Shown here: piece by piece, positions 1-10,478 of the stretch
How positions within the stretch are numbered: position 1 is the first letter of the stretch
Layout of the letters: the number at the start of each line of letters is the position of its first letter
DNA from: Bacteroidia bacterium
Lineage (GTDB): Bacteria; Bacteroidota; Bacteroidia; M30B66
Assembly: GCA_965279035.1 (NCBI GenBank)
Contig: OZ257142.1
Location: 3,776,001-3,840,000, forward strand
DNA: 64,000 bases
Reading direction: 5' to 3'
The notes under the pieces: generated by a model
Told to the model about the DNA's origin: nothing
Seen by the model: only the letters and a program-made list of their open reading frames with translations
The model's database searches: none
Program-made: the position numbers and the translations under genes

Positions 1-5
1 TCCAG

Positions 6-33
6 AAGGCCTGGGAGAAATTCCGGGCTTTTT
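6..33 (+). terminator. Probable intrinsic terminator of an upstream gene
   Basis: Imperfect GC hairpin aaggcctgg..ccgggcttt followed by a T tract. Confidence 0.55.
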
Positions 34-112
34 TATTTGACGGATTTATTTGAGGAGAATTTGAAATAGCAGATGAATTCCACGCGAATAGATATTTCGC
101 ATCTTTACCGCG

Positions 113-1369
113 ATGAACCGTGGTCAGCTCAAAACACTGATATTCATTTTTTGCTTCCTGTTGATGGGAATCCGGCTGCTTAACATTCCGGCAACCGAAC
201 GCGATCATGTATATGGTGATGGTTACAGCGATATCAACACCTTATCGGCAACTCGTTTTTTTCATGATTCTGGATTTGTAAAAACAGCTTTTTTGCCCGT
301 TCATGGTTATCCTGAATCGCATCCAACAAAAGTCTACACACACTATCCGGCATTGCCCGATATTCTCGATGGATTTACTGCCACAGTGTTAGATTCGACC
401 GATGAGCGAGTCTTGCGACTATTTCCATTTTTACTTTCTATTTTCTTTTTCTTCCTCATTTATCGAGTATTAAACGATTTAACTAAGAACACTGAAAACG
501 CTTTTGTTGGAGCGAGTTTGCTGGTACTATCTAATTATTTTATTGCTTGGGGCGATAACCTACATCAACATTTGTATGCTGAACTAGTCAAGTGGTTATT
601 TATTGGTTTGCTCTATCGCTATCAAGAATCGAAACGAGAATCACGTAGTTCATTTATTGGTTTGCTTGTGTTGATGATGATTGCCGTGAATATCTCCTTT
701 GAATTACCTGTGTTTTTAGGTGCCGCTAGTGTTGGATTTGCCTTTATCTACCAGAAAAACATGTTCACACGCGAAACCATTGGCTTGTTTGCCGCATTGT
801 TGCTTGGTTTCGGTTTGCACATCATTCAAAATGTACTGTATTTTGGAACACTCGATTTGGCAATGGAGGACATGAAAAACGCCTTTGTGTTTCGAACCAC
901 AGGCGCTGAAGATGTTGGCTATATTCCCGAAAAGCCCTTTTCAATCCTACACGATGGCTGGAAAATCCCCATTGAATGGTTCAATCGTATGGAGCGCTAT
1001 TATGTGCTTCCCGGTTGGTTTCTTTTAGCCACTTGCTTTTGGTCGATTCCCAATTTACACAAACAAAATCCCCGTTTATTTTCGATTGTTATTGCCTTGT
1101 TTATTGCTTCAGCCGCTTGGGGTTTTGTCATGCCTCAACATGCATACGTACATCTCTTCACCAATAAGCACTTCGGACTTTGGGTTGGATTAATCATGTG
1201 CATTTCCCTTCCATTTTATTGGAATGTGGTTAAGCAGCATTTTCAACAAAAAAATAAAGCAATGATTTTCCTTCATGTTGGATTGATAGGTTATGCAGCA
1301 ATTATGTTCATCACTCAACAAGTTGTGGGATTGTGGTGGAAACATGGGTTTGGTGTGCTGGTTAGTTAG
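113..1369 (+). CDS. Polytopic membrane protein, probable GT-C fold (ArnT/PMT-like) glycosyltransferase
   Basis: 418 aa, many TM segments, an acidic loop (YSDIN) after the first TM and a YTHYP motif as seen in GT-C-like proteins. Confidence 0.5.
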   Translation: MNRGQLKTLIFIFCFLLMGIRLLNIPATERDHVYGDGYSDINTLSATRFFHDSGFVKTAFLPVHGYPESHPTKVYTHYPALPDILDGFTATVLDSTDERVLRLFPFLLSIFFFFLIYRVLNDLTKNTENAFVGASLLVLSNYFIAWGDNLHQHLYAELVKWLFIGLLYRYQESKRESRSSFIGLLVLMMIAVNISFELPVFLGAASVGFAFIYQKNMFTRETIGLFAALLLGFGLHIIQNVLYFGTLDLAMEDMKNAFVFRTTGAEDVGYIPEKPFSILHDGWKIPIEWFNRMERYYVLPGWFLLATCFWSIPNLHKQNPRLFSIVIALFIASAAWGFVMPQHAYVHLFTNKHFGLWVGLIMCISLPFYWNVVKQHFQQKNKAMIFLHVGLIGYAAIMFITQQVVGLWWKHGFGVLVS

Positions 1370-1488
1370 TGTGCTCCCTTCGACAAGCTCAGGGAGCGGT
1401 AATACCCGAGCGCATTTTCGAGAATTGACAATCTAACCTAAAATTACTCCCCCATTAAACTATCTTTGCGCCCATTTTCAGAAAAACT

Positions 1489-2589
1489 ATGGCACTTAAA
1501 TGCGGTATTGTCGGATTACCAAACGTTGGGAAATCCACTCTTTTTAACTGTTTGAGCAACGCAAAAGCACAGGCAGCCAACTTTCCGTTCTGCACCATTG
1601 AACCGAACGTGGGTGTGATTACCGTTCCCGATGAACGCATGACTGAGTTGTCCAAATTTGTTAAGCCTGAACGCATTGTTCCTACCACGGTTGAGATTGT
1701 TGATATTGCAGGTTTGGTGAAAGGTGCTTCCAAAGGAGAAGGTTTAGGAAATCAGTTTCTTGGAAATATCCGCGAATGCGATGCGATTTTGCACGTATTG
1801 CGTTGTTTCGATGATGATAATGTGGTTCACGTGGATGGTCGCGTAAATCCAGTAAGTGATAAAGAAGTAATCGACCTAGAACTTCAATTGAAAGATTTAG
1901 ATACTGTTGAGAAACGACTTCAAAAAGTGGAGAAGTTGGCTAAGACGGGCGATAAAGACGCTAAACGTGCGCATGATATTCTTTCTCAGTATCGCGATGT
2001 TTTGTTGAAGGGTAAATCGGCAAGAAGTGTCGTGTTGGACAAACCCGACGATATTGAATTTGCTAACGATCTGTATTTATTGACGAATAAACCGGTGATG
2101 TACATCTGCAATGTAGATGAAGCATCTGCCAAATCAGGAAATGCCCATGTGGAAGCTGTTCGTGCTTCAATTGCTGATGAGAATGCTGAAATCCTAATTA
2201 TCACTGCAGCTATGGAAGCCGAAATTGCTCAACTCGAAACCTACGAGGACAAAGTAGCTTTCCTAAGCGAAATTGGTTTGGAAGAGCCGGGTGTGAATAA
2301 GCTCATCAAAAAAGCGTATCACTTGCTAAATCTTCAAACGTACTTTACTGCAGGTGTGAAAGAAGTGCGCGCATGGACCATCACTACAGGCATGAAAGCT
2401 CCTCAAGCTGCTGGAGTAATTCACAGCGATTTCGAGAAAGGATTTATCCGCGCGGAAGTAATTAAATACCTCGATTTTATCAAGTTTGGTTCTGAAGCTG
2501 CTTGTCGCGAAAATGGTAAGCTTGCTGTCGAAGGAAAAGAATATGTGGTGCAAGATGGCGATATCATGCACTTCCGTTTCAACGTATAA
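1489..2589 (+). CDS. ychF: Redox-regulated ATPase YchF (Obg family)
   Basis: GIVGLPNVGKSTLFN, NFPFCTIEPN, DIAGLVKGASKGEGLGNQFL, C-terminal TGS domain ending FRFNV. Confidence 0.98.
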   Translation: MALKCGIVGLPNVGKSTLFNCLSNAKAQAANFPFCTIEPNVGVITVPDERMTELSKFVKPERIVPTTVEIVDIAGLVKGASKGEGLGNQFLGNIRECDAILHVLRCFDDDNVVHVDGRVNPVSDKEVIDLELQLKDLDTVEKRLQKVEKLAKTGDKDAKRAHDILSQYRDVLLKGKSARSVVLDKPDDIEFANDLYLLTNKPVMYICNVDEASAKSGNAHVEAVRASIADENAEILIITAAMEAEIAQLETYEDKVAFLSEIGLEEPGVNKLIKKAYHLLNLQTYFTAGVKEVRAWTITTGMKAPQAAGVIHSDFEKGFIRAEVIKYLDFIKFGSEAACRENGKLAVEGKEYVVQDGDIMHFRFNV

Positions 2590-2591
2590 GT

Positions 2592-3257
2592 TTATTCGCA
2601 GTTTTGGATGTAGGTAAATTCGCCTATTCCAACTTCGTATGCTACCAAGTAGCCCAATCCAGGTAATTCGGTATAGGCACAACCGGCATCTAAGTTTATA
2701 TCGTACTTATTCTGTTTAATGATTTCGGTATACGGTCGAGGTGTGTGACCATGTATGATTTTTCGATGTCCAATACGTTCGGGATCGATTTCCATTTTGC
2801 GTATCCAACGCATCGCATCGATATCGGCAAATAAATCACGTTTCGAAAAATTTAATCCGGCATGTACGAAAATGCATTCCGGTGTTTCGAAATACATCTC
2901 GCTGTATTGAATAAATTCTCGGTATTTAATAGGAATCTCAAGCACCGACGAAACACCAAAACTGTTGAGTGTGTCTTGTCCGCCGCAACGCCGCCAGTAT
3001 TCCATTTGATCGGAACTGTAGTAAGCCGCAATCATCAATTCTTCGTGATTTCCCTGCAATACATGAACACGAACACCTTCATTTTTCAAAGCGAAAATTT
3101 CATCAATTACGCCTTTGGTATCAGGGCCTCGATCAATTAAATCGCCCAATACAATGAGCTGATCTCCTGATTGAATCTTTAATTTAGCTCGCACCAACTC
3201 ACGAAATGTGCGCACACATCCATGAATATCTCCTATTGCAAATTGACGAGCTGACAT
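2592..3257 (-). CDS. Metallophosphoesterase (Ser/Thr phosphatase, PPP family)
   Basis: GDIHG, GDLIDRGP, GNHE, HAG and HGHTP motifs. Confidence 0.9.
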   Translation of the reverse strand: MSARQFAIGDIHGCVRTFRELVRAKLKIQSGDQLIVLGDLIDRGPDTKGVIDEIFALKNEGVRVHVLQGNHEELMIAAYYSSDQMEYWRRCGGQDTLNSFGVSSVLEIPIKYREFIQYSEMYFETPECIFVHAGLNFSKRDLFADIDAMRWIRKMEIDPERIGHRKIIHGHTPRPYTEIIKQNKYDINLDAGCAYTELPGLGYLVAYEVGIGEFTYIQNCE

Positions 3258-3315
3258 TAATATCGGTTTCTTTAATAACGCTGCAATATCGGAATTGGAT
3301 TTTTAAATGAGCAAT

Positions 3316-3903
3316 TTATCGGTTCGATATACAATTTAAAAGTTCCTGAATGGTTGTTTGACCTTTGTCTTTGTTATACCATTCCTGCATCGCCAAACCG
3401 ATTTCTTCCTTTGCTCCACCTTGTGTTTTAATCGACTTAGCTAATTCTACTGCAGGCAATGGACGAGGTCCCCAATGCCACATCACCTCAAATGTATCGG
3501 GATTCATCGAAATCAATTTTGGAATCGCTTTTCCTCCATTGGTAAGAAACTGATCCATCAAATCAAGGTGCTCATCGCGTAGCACAATACGTAGTTCAAT
3601 CGTCGCACTTTGTTCTGACATACGCACCATGATAGGTAACAATTGGGCAGCATCGCCACACCAAGCTTCCGAAATCACTACCCATAACTGACGCGGCGTT
3701 TCTGCAAGAGCGGTAACAACTTCCGAATCAAACTTCAACGTTTTGTAAACACGCTTCGATCGATGCAGATTCAATTCAGTAAAATGAATATGTTCTTCGG
3801 TTTGTTCTCCTGTGGTTTGTTTGTCGGCCACCAATTGCTCCATGAGCGCCATATAACGCTCCCAAGTAAAAGCGTTCCTAATAAGTGTTGAATTCAAAAG
3901 CAT
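3316..3903 (-). CDS. Thioredoxin-family protein (Thioredoxin_9-like)
   Basis: EAWCGDA, GGKAIP and WGPRP motifs; ATG at 3903 preferred over the longer ORF start at 3951. Confidence 0.8.
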   Translation of the reverse strand: MLLNSTLIRNAFTWERYMALMEQLVADKQTTGEQTEEHIHFTELNLHRSKRVYKTLKFDSEVVTALAETPRQLWVVISEAWCGDAAQLLPIMVRMSEQSATIELRIVLRDEHLDLMDQFLTNGGKAIPKLISMNPDTFEVMWHWGPRPLPAVELAKSIKTQGGAKEEIGLAMQEWYNKDKGQTTIQELLNCISNR

Positions 3904-4020
3904 GGCGCAAAGAACAGCAAACTCACTCAATGCAAGAATGACTTTTATCACGGATAGAAGAATTACGACCGCTTCGCTCTATGAATACTTCGCTTGAGAT
4001 TTTGCTGATTTTAACTATCC

Positions 4021-4225
4021 GCACCCTCGGACTGAAGTCCGAGGCTACTATAATCCAATTCAAAAATTCTAGATTCAATTGACCCTAATGCTTCAAATTA
4101 CCAATCGGCACCCTCGGACTTCAGTCCGAGGCTACGAATCACACATGCCAGATTCGATAGATATACCATACAGCAAATTGCTGATCAATAACATCCGCAT
4201 CCCCGGACTGAAGTCCGAGGCTACT
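4021..4225 (-). repeat. Three GTAG-type REP palindromes
   Basis: Minus strand GTAG-CCTCGGAC-TTCA/TGAA-GTCCGAGG at about 4021-4048, 4108-4135 and 4197-4224, spaced 87-89 nt apart. Confidence 0.8.
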
Positions 4226-4373
4226 AGGTCAATTTAGCTAGATTGAGGTCAGGGTGAAGACACGAATGCACGTCCTTCCAAAATTTTCGTACATCGTACA
4301 TCCCCCTTCATTTCGTTAATAATTCTCTCCTTTTCCCGCTTTCGCTTCAATTCGCAATCCTTATTTTTGCAAC

Positions 4374-6257
4374 ATGGCTGAAAATACAGATAGCACATAC
4401 AACGACGATTCCATTAAATCCCTCGACTGGAAGGAACATATCCGCCTCCGTCCTGGGATGTATATTGGGAAATTGGGCGATGGTTCTTCGCTCGATGACG
4501 GGATTTATGTATTGCTGAAAGAATCAATCGATAACTGCATCGACGAATACGTAATGGGTTTCGGGAAGAAAATCGAAATCACCATTAAAGATCGCATGGT
4601 ACGTGTGCGCGACTACGGACGAGGTATTCCGCTCGGTAAAGTGGTCGATGTAGTGTCGAAAATCAACACGGGTGCGAAGTACGATTCGGTAGCTTTTAAG
4701 AAATCGGTTGGTTTGAACGGTGTCGGAACCAAGGCGGTGAATGCACTTTCGAGCTATTTCAAGGTGCAATCGGTACGTGATGGGAAAATGAAAATGGCGG
4801 AGTTTGAGAAAGGAAATCTCACCAACGAAACCGCTGTTACCGATACCAACGATAACAAAGGAACACTTGTTCAGTTTTTTCCGGATGAAGCCATATTCGG
4901 AAACTACAAGTTCATCAGCGAATACGTAGAGAAAATGCTCTGGAATTATGCTTACCTCAACACAGGTTTGAGCATACATTTCAACGGACAAGTGTTTAAG
5001 TCGGAACGTGGATTATACGATCTACTAGAGCAAAACCTCAGTGGAGAACCGCTTTATCCGATTATTCATCTGCGTGGCGAGGACATTGAAATTGCCATGA
5101 CGCATGGTAACCAGTACAGCGAAGAATATTATTCGTTTGTCAATGGTCAGCATACAACCCAAGGTGGGACACACCAAGCAGCATTGCGCGAAGCGGTTGT
5201 GAAGGTGATTCGTGAATTCTACAAGAAAGATTTCGATGCGAATGATGTGCGTCAATCCATCATTGTTGCCATCAGTGTGAAAGTAGTTGAGCCGGTGTTC
5301 GAAAGTCAGACTAAGACCAAACTCGGTTCTCAAAACATCGCTCCCGATGGACCTGCCATTCGTACGTTCGTTATTGATTTCCTCAAAAAAGAACTCGATA
5401 ACTACCTACACAAGCATGCCGATGTTGCTGAAGCATTGTTGCATAAAATTCTACAGAGCGAAAAGGAGCGGAAAGAACTCAGCGGTATTCGTAAGCTGGC
5501 ACGTGAGCGCGCTAAGAAAGTAAGTCTACACAACAAGAAACTCCGTGATTGTCGGGTACATTACAACAGCAACCACGCAGTTCGTCTCGATACAACACTC
5601 TTTATTACCGAGGGAGATTCGGCATCTGGTTCCATTACCAAAAGCCGCGATGTGAATACACAAGCCGTATTCAGCTTGAAAGGGAAACCACTCAACTGTT
5701 ATGGTTTGACCAAGAAAATCGTTTACGAAAACGAAGAATTCAATCTCTTGCAAAGTGCCCTCAATATTGAGGATGGCATGGACGATTTGCGTTACAACAA
5801 CATTGTAATTGCTACCGATGCCGACGTCGATGGGATGCACATTCGTTTGTTGATGATTACGTTTTTCTTGCAATTTTTCCCCGATTTGGTGAAGAACGGT
5901 CACTTGTACATTTTGCAAACGCCGCTATTCCGTGTGCGTAATAAGAAAGACACGTATTACTGTTATTCCGAAGACGAGCGTCGCGAAGCCATTGTGAAGG
6001 TAGGCAAGAACCCCGAGATTACCCGATTCAAGGGATTGGGAGAGATTTCGCCAGACGAGTTCAAGCATTTTATTGGAAAGGACATTCGCCTCGAACCAGT
6101 GATTTTTAAACGTGAGGAGAACCTTCCGCAACTACTCGAATTCTATATGGGTAAAAACACACCCGATCGTCAGCTTTTCATCATTGATAATCTCAAGGTT
6201 GAGAAGGATTTGGTGGAAGAAGAAAAAGCCGCTCCTGTTGCTGAAATCGAAGAATAA
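4374..6257 (+). CDS. parE: DNA topoisomerase IV subunit B
   Basis: [16 protein letters not shown] ATPase motifs, EGDSA, DADVDG and RFKGLGE; short 627-aa Bacteroidota ParE-type sequence. Confidence 0.88.
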   Translation: MAENTDSTYNDDSIKSLDWKEHIRLRPGMYIGKLGDGSSLDDGIYVLLKESIDNCIDEYVMGFGKKIEITIKDRMVRVRDYGRGIPLGKVVDVVSKINTGAKYDSVAFKKSVGLNGVGTKAVNALSSYFKVQSVRDGKMKMAEFEKGNLTNETAVTDTNDNKGTLVQFFPDEAIFGNYKFISEYVEKMLWNYAYLNTGLSIHFNGQVFKSERGLYDLLEQNLSGEPLYPIIHLRGEDIEIAMTHGNQYSEEYYSFVNGQHTTQGGTHQAALREAVVKVIREFYKKDFDANDVRQSIIVAISVKVVEPVFESQTKTKLGSQNIAPDGPAIRTFVIDFLKKELDNYLHKHADVAEALLHKILQSEKERKELSGIRKLARERAKKVSLHNKKLRDCRVHYNSNHAVRLDTTLFITEGDSASGSITKSRDVNTQAVFSLKGKPLNCYGLTKKIVYENEEFNLLQSALNIEDGMDDLRYNNIVIATDADVDGMHIRLLMITFFLQFFPDLVKNGHLYILQTPLFRVRNKKDTYYCYSEDERREAIVKVGKNPEITRFKGLGEISPDEFKHFIGKDIRLEPVIFKREENLPQLLEFYMGKNTPDRQLFIIDNLKVEKDLVEEEKAAPVAEIEE

Positions 6258-6290
6258 AATAACACCTGATAACTAAAACTTAAGTTTACC

Positions 6291-7075
6291 CTACAGCATC
6301 CCCGGATTTCAATCCGGGTTTTTTTGTAGAAGTTAACCTGAAACTCTTTATTTACCCTGCAAGTTCCCCGGATTGAAATCCGGGGGTGCCGAAATGTAGA
6401 AGCTGAGATACGTTGAAGTTGAACAACACTCTTTAGATTTCAAAAGAAGGTGGAGGAGGTTATAGTAGAAAAGAAAAAAGCCACTCTTGTATCGACATTT
6501 GAAGTATAACCTACAGCATCCCCGGATTGAAATCCGGGGTTTTTTGTAGAAGTTAAACTGAAACTCTTTATTTACCCTGCAAGTTCCCCGGATTGAAATC
6601 CGGGGGTGCCGAAATGTAGAAGCTGAGATACGTTGAAGTTGATCACTCTGCTTCTGATTTCTAAAGTTGAAATCCGGGGGTGCTAGAATGCCGATGCTGA
6701 GATACGTTGAAGTTGAACAACACTCTTTAGATTTCAAAAGAAGGTGGAGGAGGTTATAGTAGAAAAGAAAAAAGCCACTCTTGTATCGACATTTGAAGTA
6801 TAACCTACAGCATCCCCGGATTTCAATCCGGGGTTTTTTGTAGAAGTTAACCTGAAACTCTTTAGTTACCCTGCAAATTCCCCGGATTGAAATCCGGGGG
6901 TGCCGAAATGTAGAAGCTGAGATACGTTGAAGTTGATCACTCTGCTTCTGATTTCTAAAGTTGAAATCCGGGGGTGCCGAAATGTAGAAGCTGAGATACG
7001 TTGAAGTTGATCACTCTGACTCAGATTTCTAAAGTTGAAATCCGGGGGTGCTAGAATGCCAAAGCTGAGTTACGT
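6291..7075. repeat. BIME-like mosaic array of REP palindromes CCCCGGATT(TC/GA)AATCCGGGG with repeated linkers
   Basis: About 6 full and 3 half palindromes; the linker gctgagatacgttgaagttga is repeated 5 times; there is a ~297-bp internal duplication. Confidence 0.85.
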
Positions 7076-7352
7076 AGTAGAAGAACACTCCGCTAGGAGA
7101 TACGAGTGTTTAGTTTTGGAAACTCGGAAAAACTAAAAACGTGTCCTTTGAGGCTTTAAATGGAAGTTCTTAGTCCTTCGATTTGATTGATATTTCTTTG
7201 CAAATCACTCTAATTAGAAAAATAAACTATCCATTTCTAGCAATTCGCTTTTTTCTTACTTCCGAAATTGAAGATTAGAAATTAATATTCTTTAGAGAAT
7301 ACCCGTTTTTAAAAGCATTTAGAAAATCAAAAGTTCGCAAAAAGGTTTCTTC

Positions 7353-7414
7353 TTACATCTGTAATGAAGAGTGATTCTGAGGTAATGGAATAGGCAACCG
7401 CTTTTTGCCTTTTG
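7353..7414 (+). promoter_or_regulatory. Putative operator TTACA-TC-TGTAA plus degenerate -7 box (GCCTTTTG) for cassette 1
   Basis: Palindrome 7353-7364; 8-mer ending in TTTG at 7407-7414 with the same 42-nt gap as the three other sites. Confidence 0.6.
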
Positions 7415-7441
7415 TCGTTGAGCAATCCAAAACCTTATCCT

Positions 7442-7945
7442 ATGGGAAACCTCAACGTTTTTCTATCATTTAATCGCCTTATAAAAATCGGATTCATTGG
7501 AGCCGGTCTTTTACTATTCGGCAATACGTCTCAGGCTCAAACGCCACAGACATTTAAAGTTGTTCCGCCATCAGAAGCAAAACCGCTTTTGAAAGATACG
7601 GTGGACAATTTCCTATCCTTTTCACCAGTATATGTAGAAGGCAAAACCTATTTACGTTGGTTGGTTGAGAACGATAAGAAAGACGGCGTTTTCATTGTGG
7701 AACGTTCGGCCGATGGCGAGAAGTTCGATGCACTTGGTTTTAAAGACCGAGTGGGAACAGACAAAAGTGTCAATTTGTTTTATTCCTGGGTGGATGATGC
7801 TCCTCCTGCAGGCGCTGCACATTACCGTATTATGCAGGTAGGTGTAGATCACACATTTAACTACTCCGATGTAGTGCGTGTGAAAACTGCTGCAGCAGCA
7901 TCAACGGGTGGTAGCGCAAGCTCTACGCCTGAACAAGGTAAATAA
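7442..7945 (+). CDS. Small secreted stand-alone Ig/FN3-like protein, cassette copy A1
   Basis: Signal peptide ending AQA-like; SFSPVY..GKT..RWLV.ND.KDG.F.VERS core shared with A2 and A3; ATG at 7442 preferred. Confidence 0.8.
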   Translation: MGNLNVFLSFNRLIKIGFIGAGLLLFGNTSQAQTPQTFKVVPPSEAKPLLKDTVDNFLSFSPVYVEGKTYLRWLVENDKKDGVFIVERSADGEKFDALGFKDRVGTDKSVNLFYSWVDDAPPAGAAHYRIMQVGVDHTFNYSDVVRVKTAAAASTGGSASSTPEQGK

Positions 7946-7965
7946 TCCCACAAAATCCAACCAGC

Positions 7966-9735
7966 ATGAAACAACGTTTACGTTTAGGTAATCGTCTGAA
8001 TAACCGACTGCGCGCTCGATTGAGAGCAACAGCTATGGTTTTCACGATAGGCGCTCTGGTAGCAAGCATCTTCTTTTTGTATGAGTTTATCGGGAATGTA
8101 ACAACAGGCCGAGCTCAGAAATTGGAAGAACAGCTTCACCCAAAAGCAGGCGTAATGGAAGGATTTGCTGGGCGGAAAAAAATCAGCATTCATCCTGAAA
8201 AACTTCCCAAAGGAGAAACATTAAAACAATTTACTGTACTAGTTAGCCTTCGTTTGGATGAGCTAAAACTGGCAGCAGATGGTGGAATGGTTTCAGGTCG
8301 TGATGGTGAAGATATCGTGTTTACAGCCATCGACGGAACTACCATTTTACCATTTCAAATTGAACGTTTCGAACCAGCTAGCGGAAAACTTCTTGCTTGG
8401 GTGCGATGCGAAGAACTGAGTGCTCAACAAAATGAATTCTATCTGTATTATGGAAAATCGGAAGCTGTAAGTGAAGCTTCTAAAAATACGTTTGCTGATC
8501 CGTATCGTGCGGTATGGCATTTCAACCGTGGATTTCAAACCGACGGACCAAATCCTTTAGCGGGTGAATATCACGGTGTGAAAGATGAAGAAGGTCGATT
8601 TGCTGCTGCGAAAGATTTTCTCGCCTTCGAACAAGGACAAGCAGCTTTCGAAAAAAATGAAGAATTGAATTTCTCTGGAGATATTTCAGTATCGGCTTGG
8701 GTAAAAACAAGGGGAAGCGCATTCGACCAAACAGTCATTTCGAATCTTTCTCAAAATGGAGGATTTAGTTTATGGATTGATGATGAAAATCGTCCTGTAT
8801 TTGAAATTGCGAATACATCAGGTAAGGTTGTCACATTGAATAAATCGAAAGGTGGAAACCCTTTAGAAAAAGATACCTGGTACCAACTTACGGGTGTGTA
8901 TTCTGCAAAATCTGATTCCCTCTTACTGTATGTGAATGGAAAAGTAGATCGCAGTATGAAAGCTGGATTGGCTTATGCAGCTGGAGATCGTATAAATATT
9001 GGTGTTGCTCCAGATCAGGAAAGCAGCTTCTTTAATGGAATTATTGATGAAGTTCGGATTGCTGCAAAAGCTTTATCAGAAATAGAAGTAGCAACAACAT
9101 GGATTTCAGAATCTGATCCTGAAAGCTTTTTCAGTATTGATGGGAAGGAAGTATTTAGTGCATCGCCACGCATTGTGCAATATGGTGCTTTGGAAGTGAA
9201 AGAAAATTCTGGACATGTTGTACTTAACTGGCAAACGACCAAAGAGAATAACCTCGATTTTTTCAACCTAGAACGCTCATCCGACGGAGTTCATTTTACA
9301 AAAGTAGCCTCCAAACTTGGCGCTGGAAACTCGGAAGAAACACGCAATTATTTTCTGATAGATCCTTCTCCCATTTATGGAGAAACCATTTATCGTATAC
9401 GTTCAACAAGCTTTAAAGGCGAAAGCGATGTGAGTCGTTTGTTGAATGTCCATGTGGATGCGCCTGCTACAGCTCTAGGAATTCGTAGCGTAGAACCCAA
9501 TCCATTTAAAGAGCAGTTTGCTGTAACCTATCGTTCGATGAGCGAAACAGCCATTCAAGTAAAACTAACAAGCATCAGCGGACAAGTGGTTCATTCCACT
9601 TCCATCGACCCGAAAACGAATATCGACAACCTGTTCGAATTTAAAGAAACAGCTGCATTGCGTCCAGGCATTTACTTTCTGAGTTTGACTCAAGCGGATG
9701 AACAAAAAACAGTAAAACTGATCAAACAACTCTGA
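7966..9735 (+). CDS. DUF2341 + LamG/ConA-like + Ig-like + T9SS type A CTD protein, copy B1
   Basis: DIVFT..DG...L..IE.....G.L.AWV...YLYYG (DUF2341-like); FNGIIDEVRI (LamG); PNPF...PGIYFL...KLIK (CTD). Confidence 0.8.
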   Translation: MKQRLRLGNRLNNRLRARLRATAMVFTIGALVASIFFLYEFIGNVTTGRAQKLEEQLHPKAGVMEGFAGRKKISIHPEKLPKGETLKQFTVLVSLRLDELKLAADGGMVSGRDGEDIVFTAIDGTTILPFQIERFEPASGKLLAWVRCEELSAQQNEFYLYYGKSEAVSEASKNTFADPYRAVWHFNRGFQTDGPNPLAGEYHGVKDEEGRFAAAKDFLAFEQGQAAFEKNEELNFSGDISVSAWVKTRGSAFDQTVISNLSQNGGFSLWIDDENRPVFEIANTSGKVVTLNKSKGGNPLEKDTWYQLTGVYSAKSDSLLLYVNGKVDRSMKAGLAYAAGDRINIGVAPDQESSFFNGIIDEVRIAAKALSEIEVATTWISESDPESFFSIDGKEVFSASPRIVQYGALEVKENSGHVVLNWQTTKENNLDFFNLERSSDGVHFTKVASKLGAGNSEETRNYFLIDPSPIYGETIYRIRSTSFKGESDVSRLLNVHVDAPATALGIRSVEPNPFKEQFAVTYRSMSETAIQVKLTSISGQVVHSTSIDPKTNIDNLFEFKETAALRPGIYFLSLTQADEQKTVKLIKQL

Positions 9736-9875
9736 TTTGTCAAAAAATCGAAGATGCACGATCAAATCACTAAAAACTTACAAATAAAAACAACAATAAC
9801 CTCCTTGTAAAGCGATCAAAACTCAGGGCTGACAGGCATAGCAGAAAGAAAGAGAAAGCACATCCACACAATAAC

Positions 9876-9937
9876 TTACATGTGTAATGCAGCGAATCAC
9901 CTTCGGAATTCTACCCCAAACACCGCCGATATCTTTG
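9876..9937 (+). promoter_or_regulatory. Putative operator TTACA-TG-TGTAA plus Bacteroidota -7 box TATCTTTG for cassette 2
   Basis: Palindrome 9876-9887; TATCTTTG at 9930-9937 followed by ACGTA. Confidence 0.7.
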
Positions 9938-9963
9938 ACGTAAGCAATTGAAAAACACACACT

Positions 9964-10455
9964 ATGAAACGTAATTACTTTTTTTCTTCTTTGATCGCAG
10001 GGCTTGTAATGCTCTTGGCAGGATTTCAAGTAGAAGCCCAAACAGTTTCACATACAGGTTCAGCCTTATTAAATAAGAATTCCTTAAAGCAGGATTCTGC
10101 CAATACGTTTATTTCATTTTCACCAGTATATCTCGATGGGAAAACCTACGTTCGCTGGCTAGTGAAGAACGATAAGAAAGACGGCGTTTTCGTTGTAGAA
10201 CGTTCTGAAAATGGAACTGATTTCGAAGCTCTTGGATTCCGCGACCGTGTAGGAACTCAATTATTAGTCAACCTCTTTTATTCATTCGTCGACGAAGAAC
10301 CTCTTCCGGGTGATAATCATTATCGTGTGATGCAAGTAGGTGCTGATAATACATATCGCTATAGTTCAGTAGTAAAAGTTCATACACCAATTGAACCGCG
10401 TCAGGTTGGATCATCAGCCAATGCCGACGCACCAGTTCCAGCACCAACTAAATAA
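9964..10455 (+). CDS. Small secreted stand-alone Ig/FN3-like protein, copy A2
   Basis: Signal peptide (VEA-Q); core nearly identical in motif to A1 and A3. Confidence 0.8.
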   Translation: MKRNYFFSSLIAGLVMLLAGFQVEAQTVSHTGSALLNKNSLKQDSANTFISFSPVYLDGKTYVRWLVKNDKKDGVFVVERSENGTDFEALGFRDRVGTQLLVNLFYSFVDEEPLPGDNHYRVMQVGADNTYRYSSVVKVHTPIEPRQVGSSANADAPVPAPTK

Positions 10456-10478
10456 TTCCACCATCAACCTCTTTTCAT

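Noticed and set aside
4374-6257. gyrB assignment
   Set aside because: Sequence features ([33 protein letters not shown]) fit Bacteroidota ParE better, though not confirmed by phylogeny
6348-6737. 129-aa ORF with internal repeats
   Set aside because: Translation of the REP array; not protein-like
6291-7075. Possible CRISPR array (also considered for 24143-24402, 47780-48010 and 51931-52670)
   Set aside because: The sequences between palindromes are themselves repeated rather than unique spacers, the periods are wrong, and there are no cas genes
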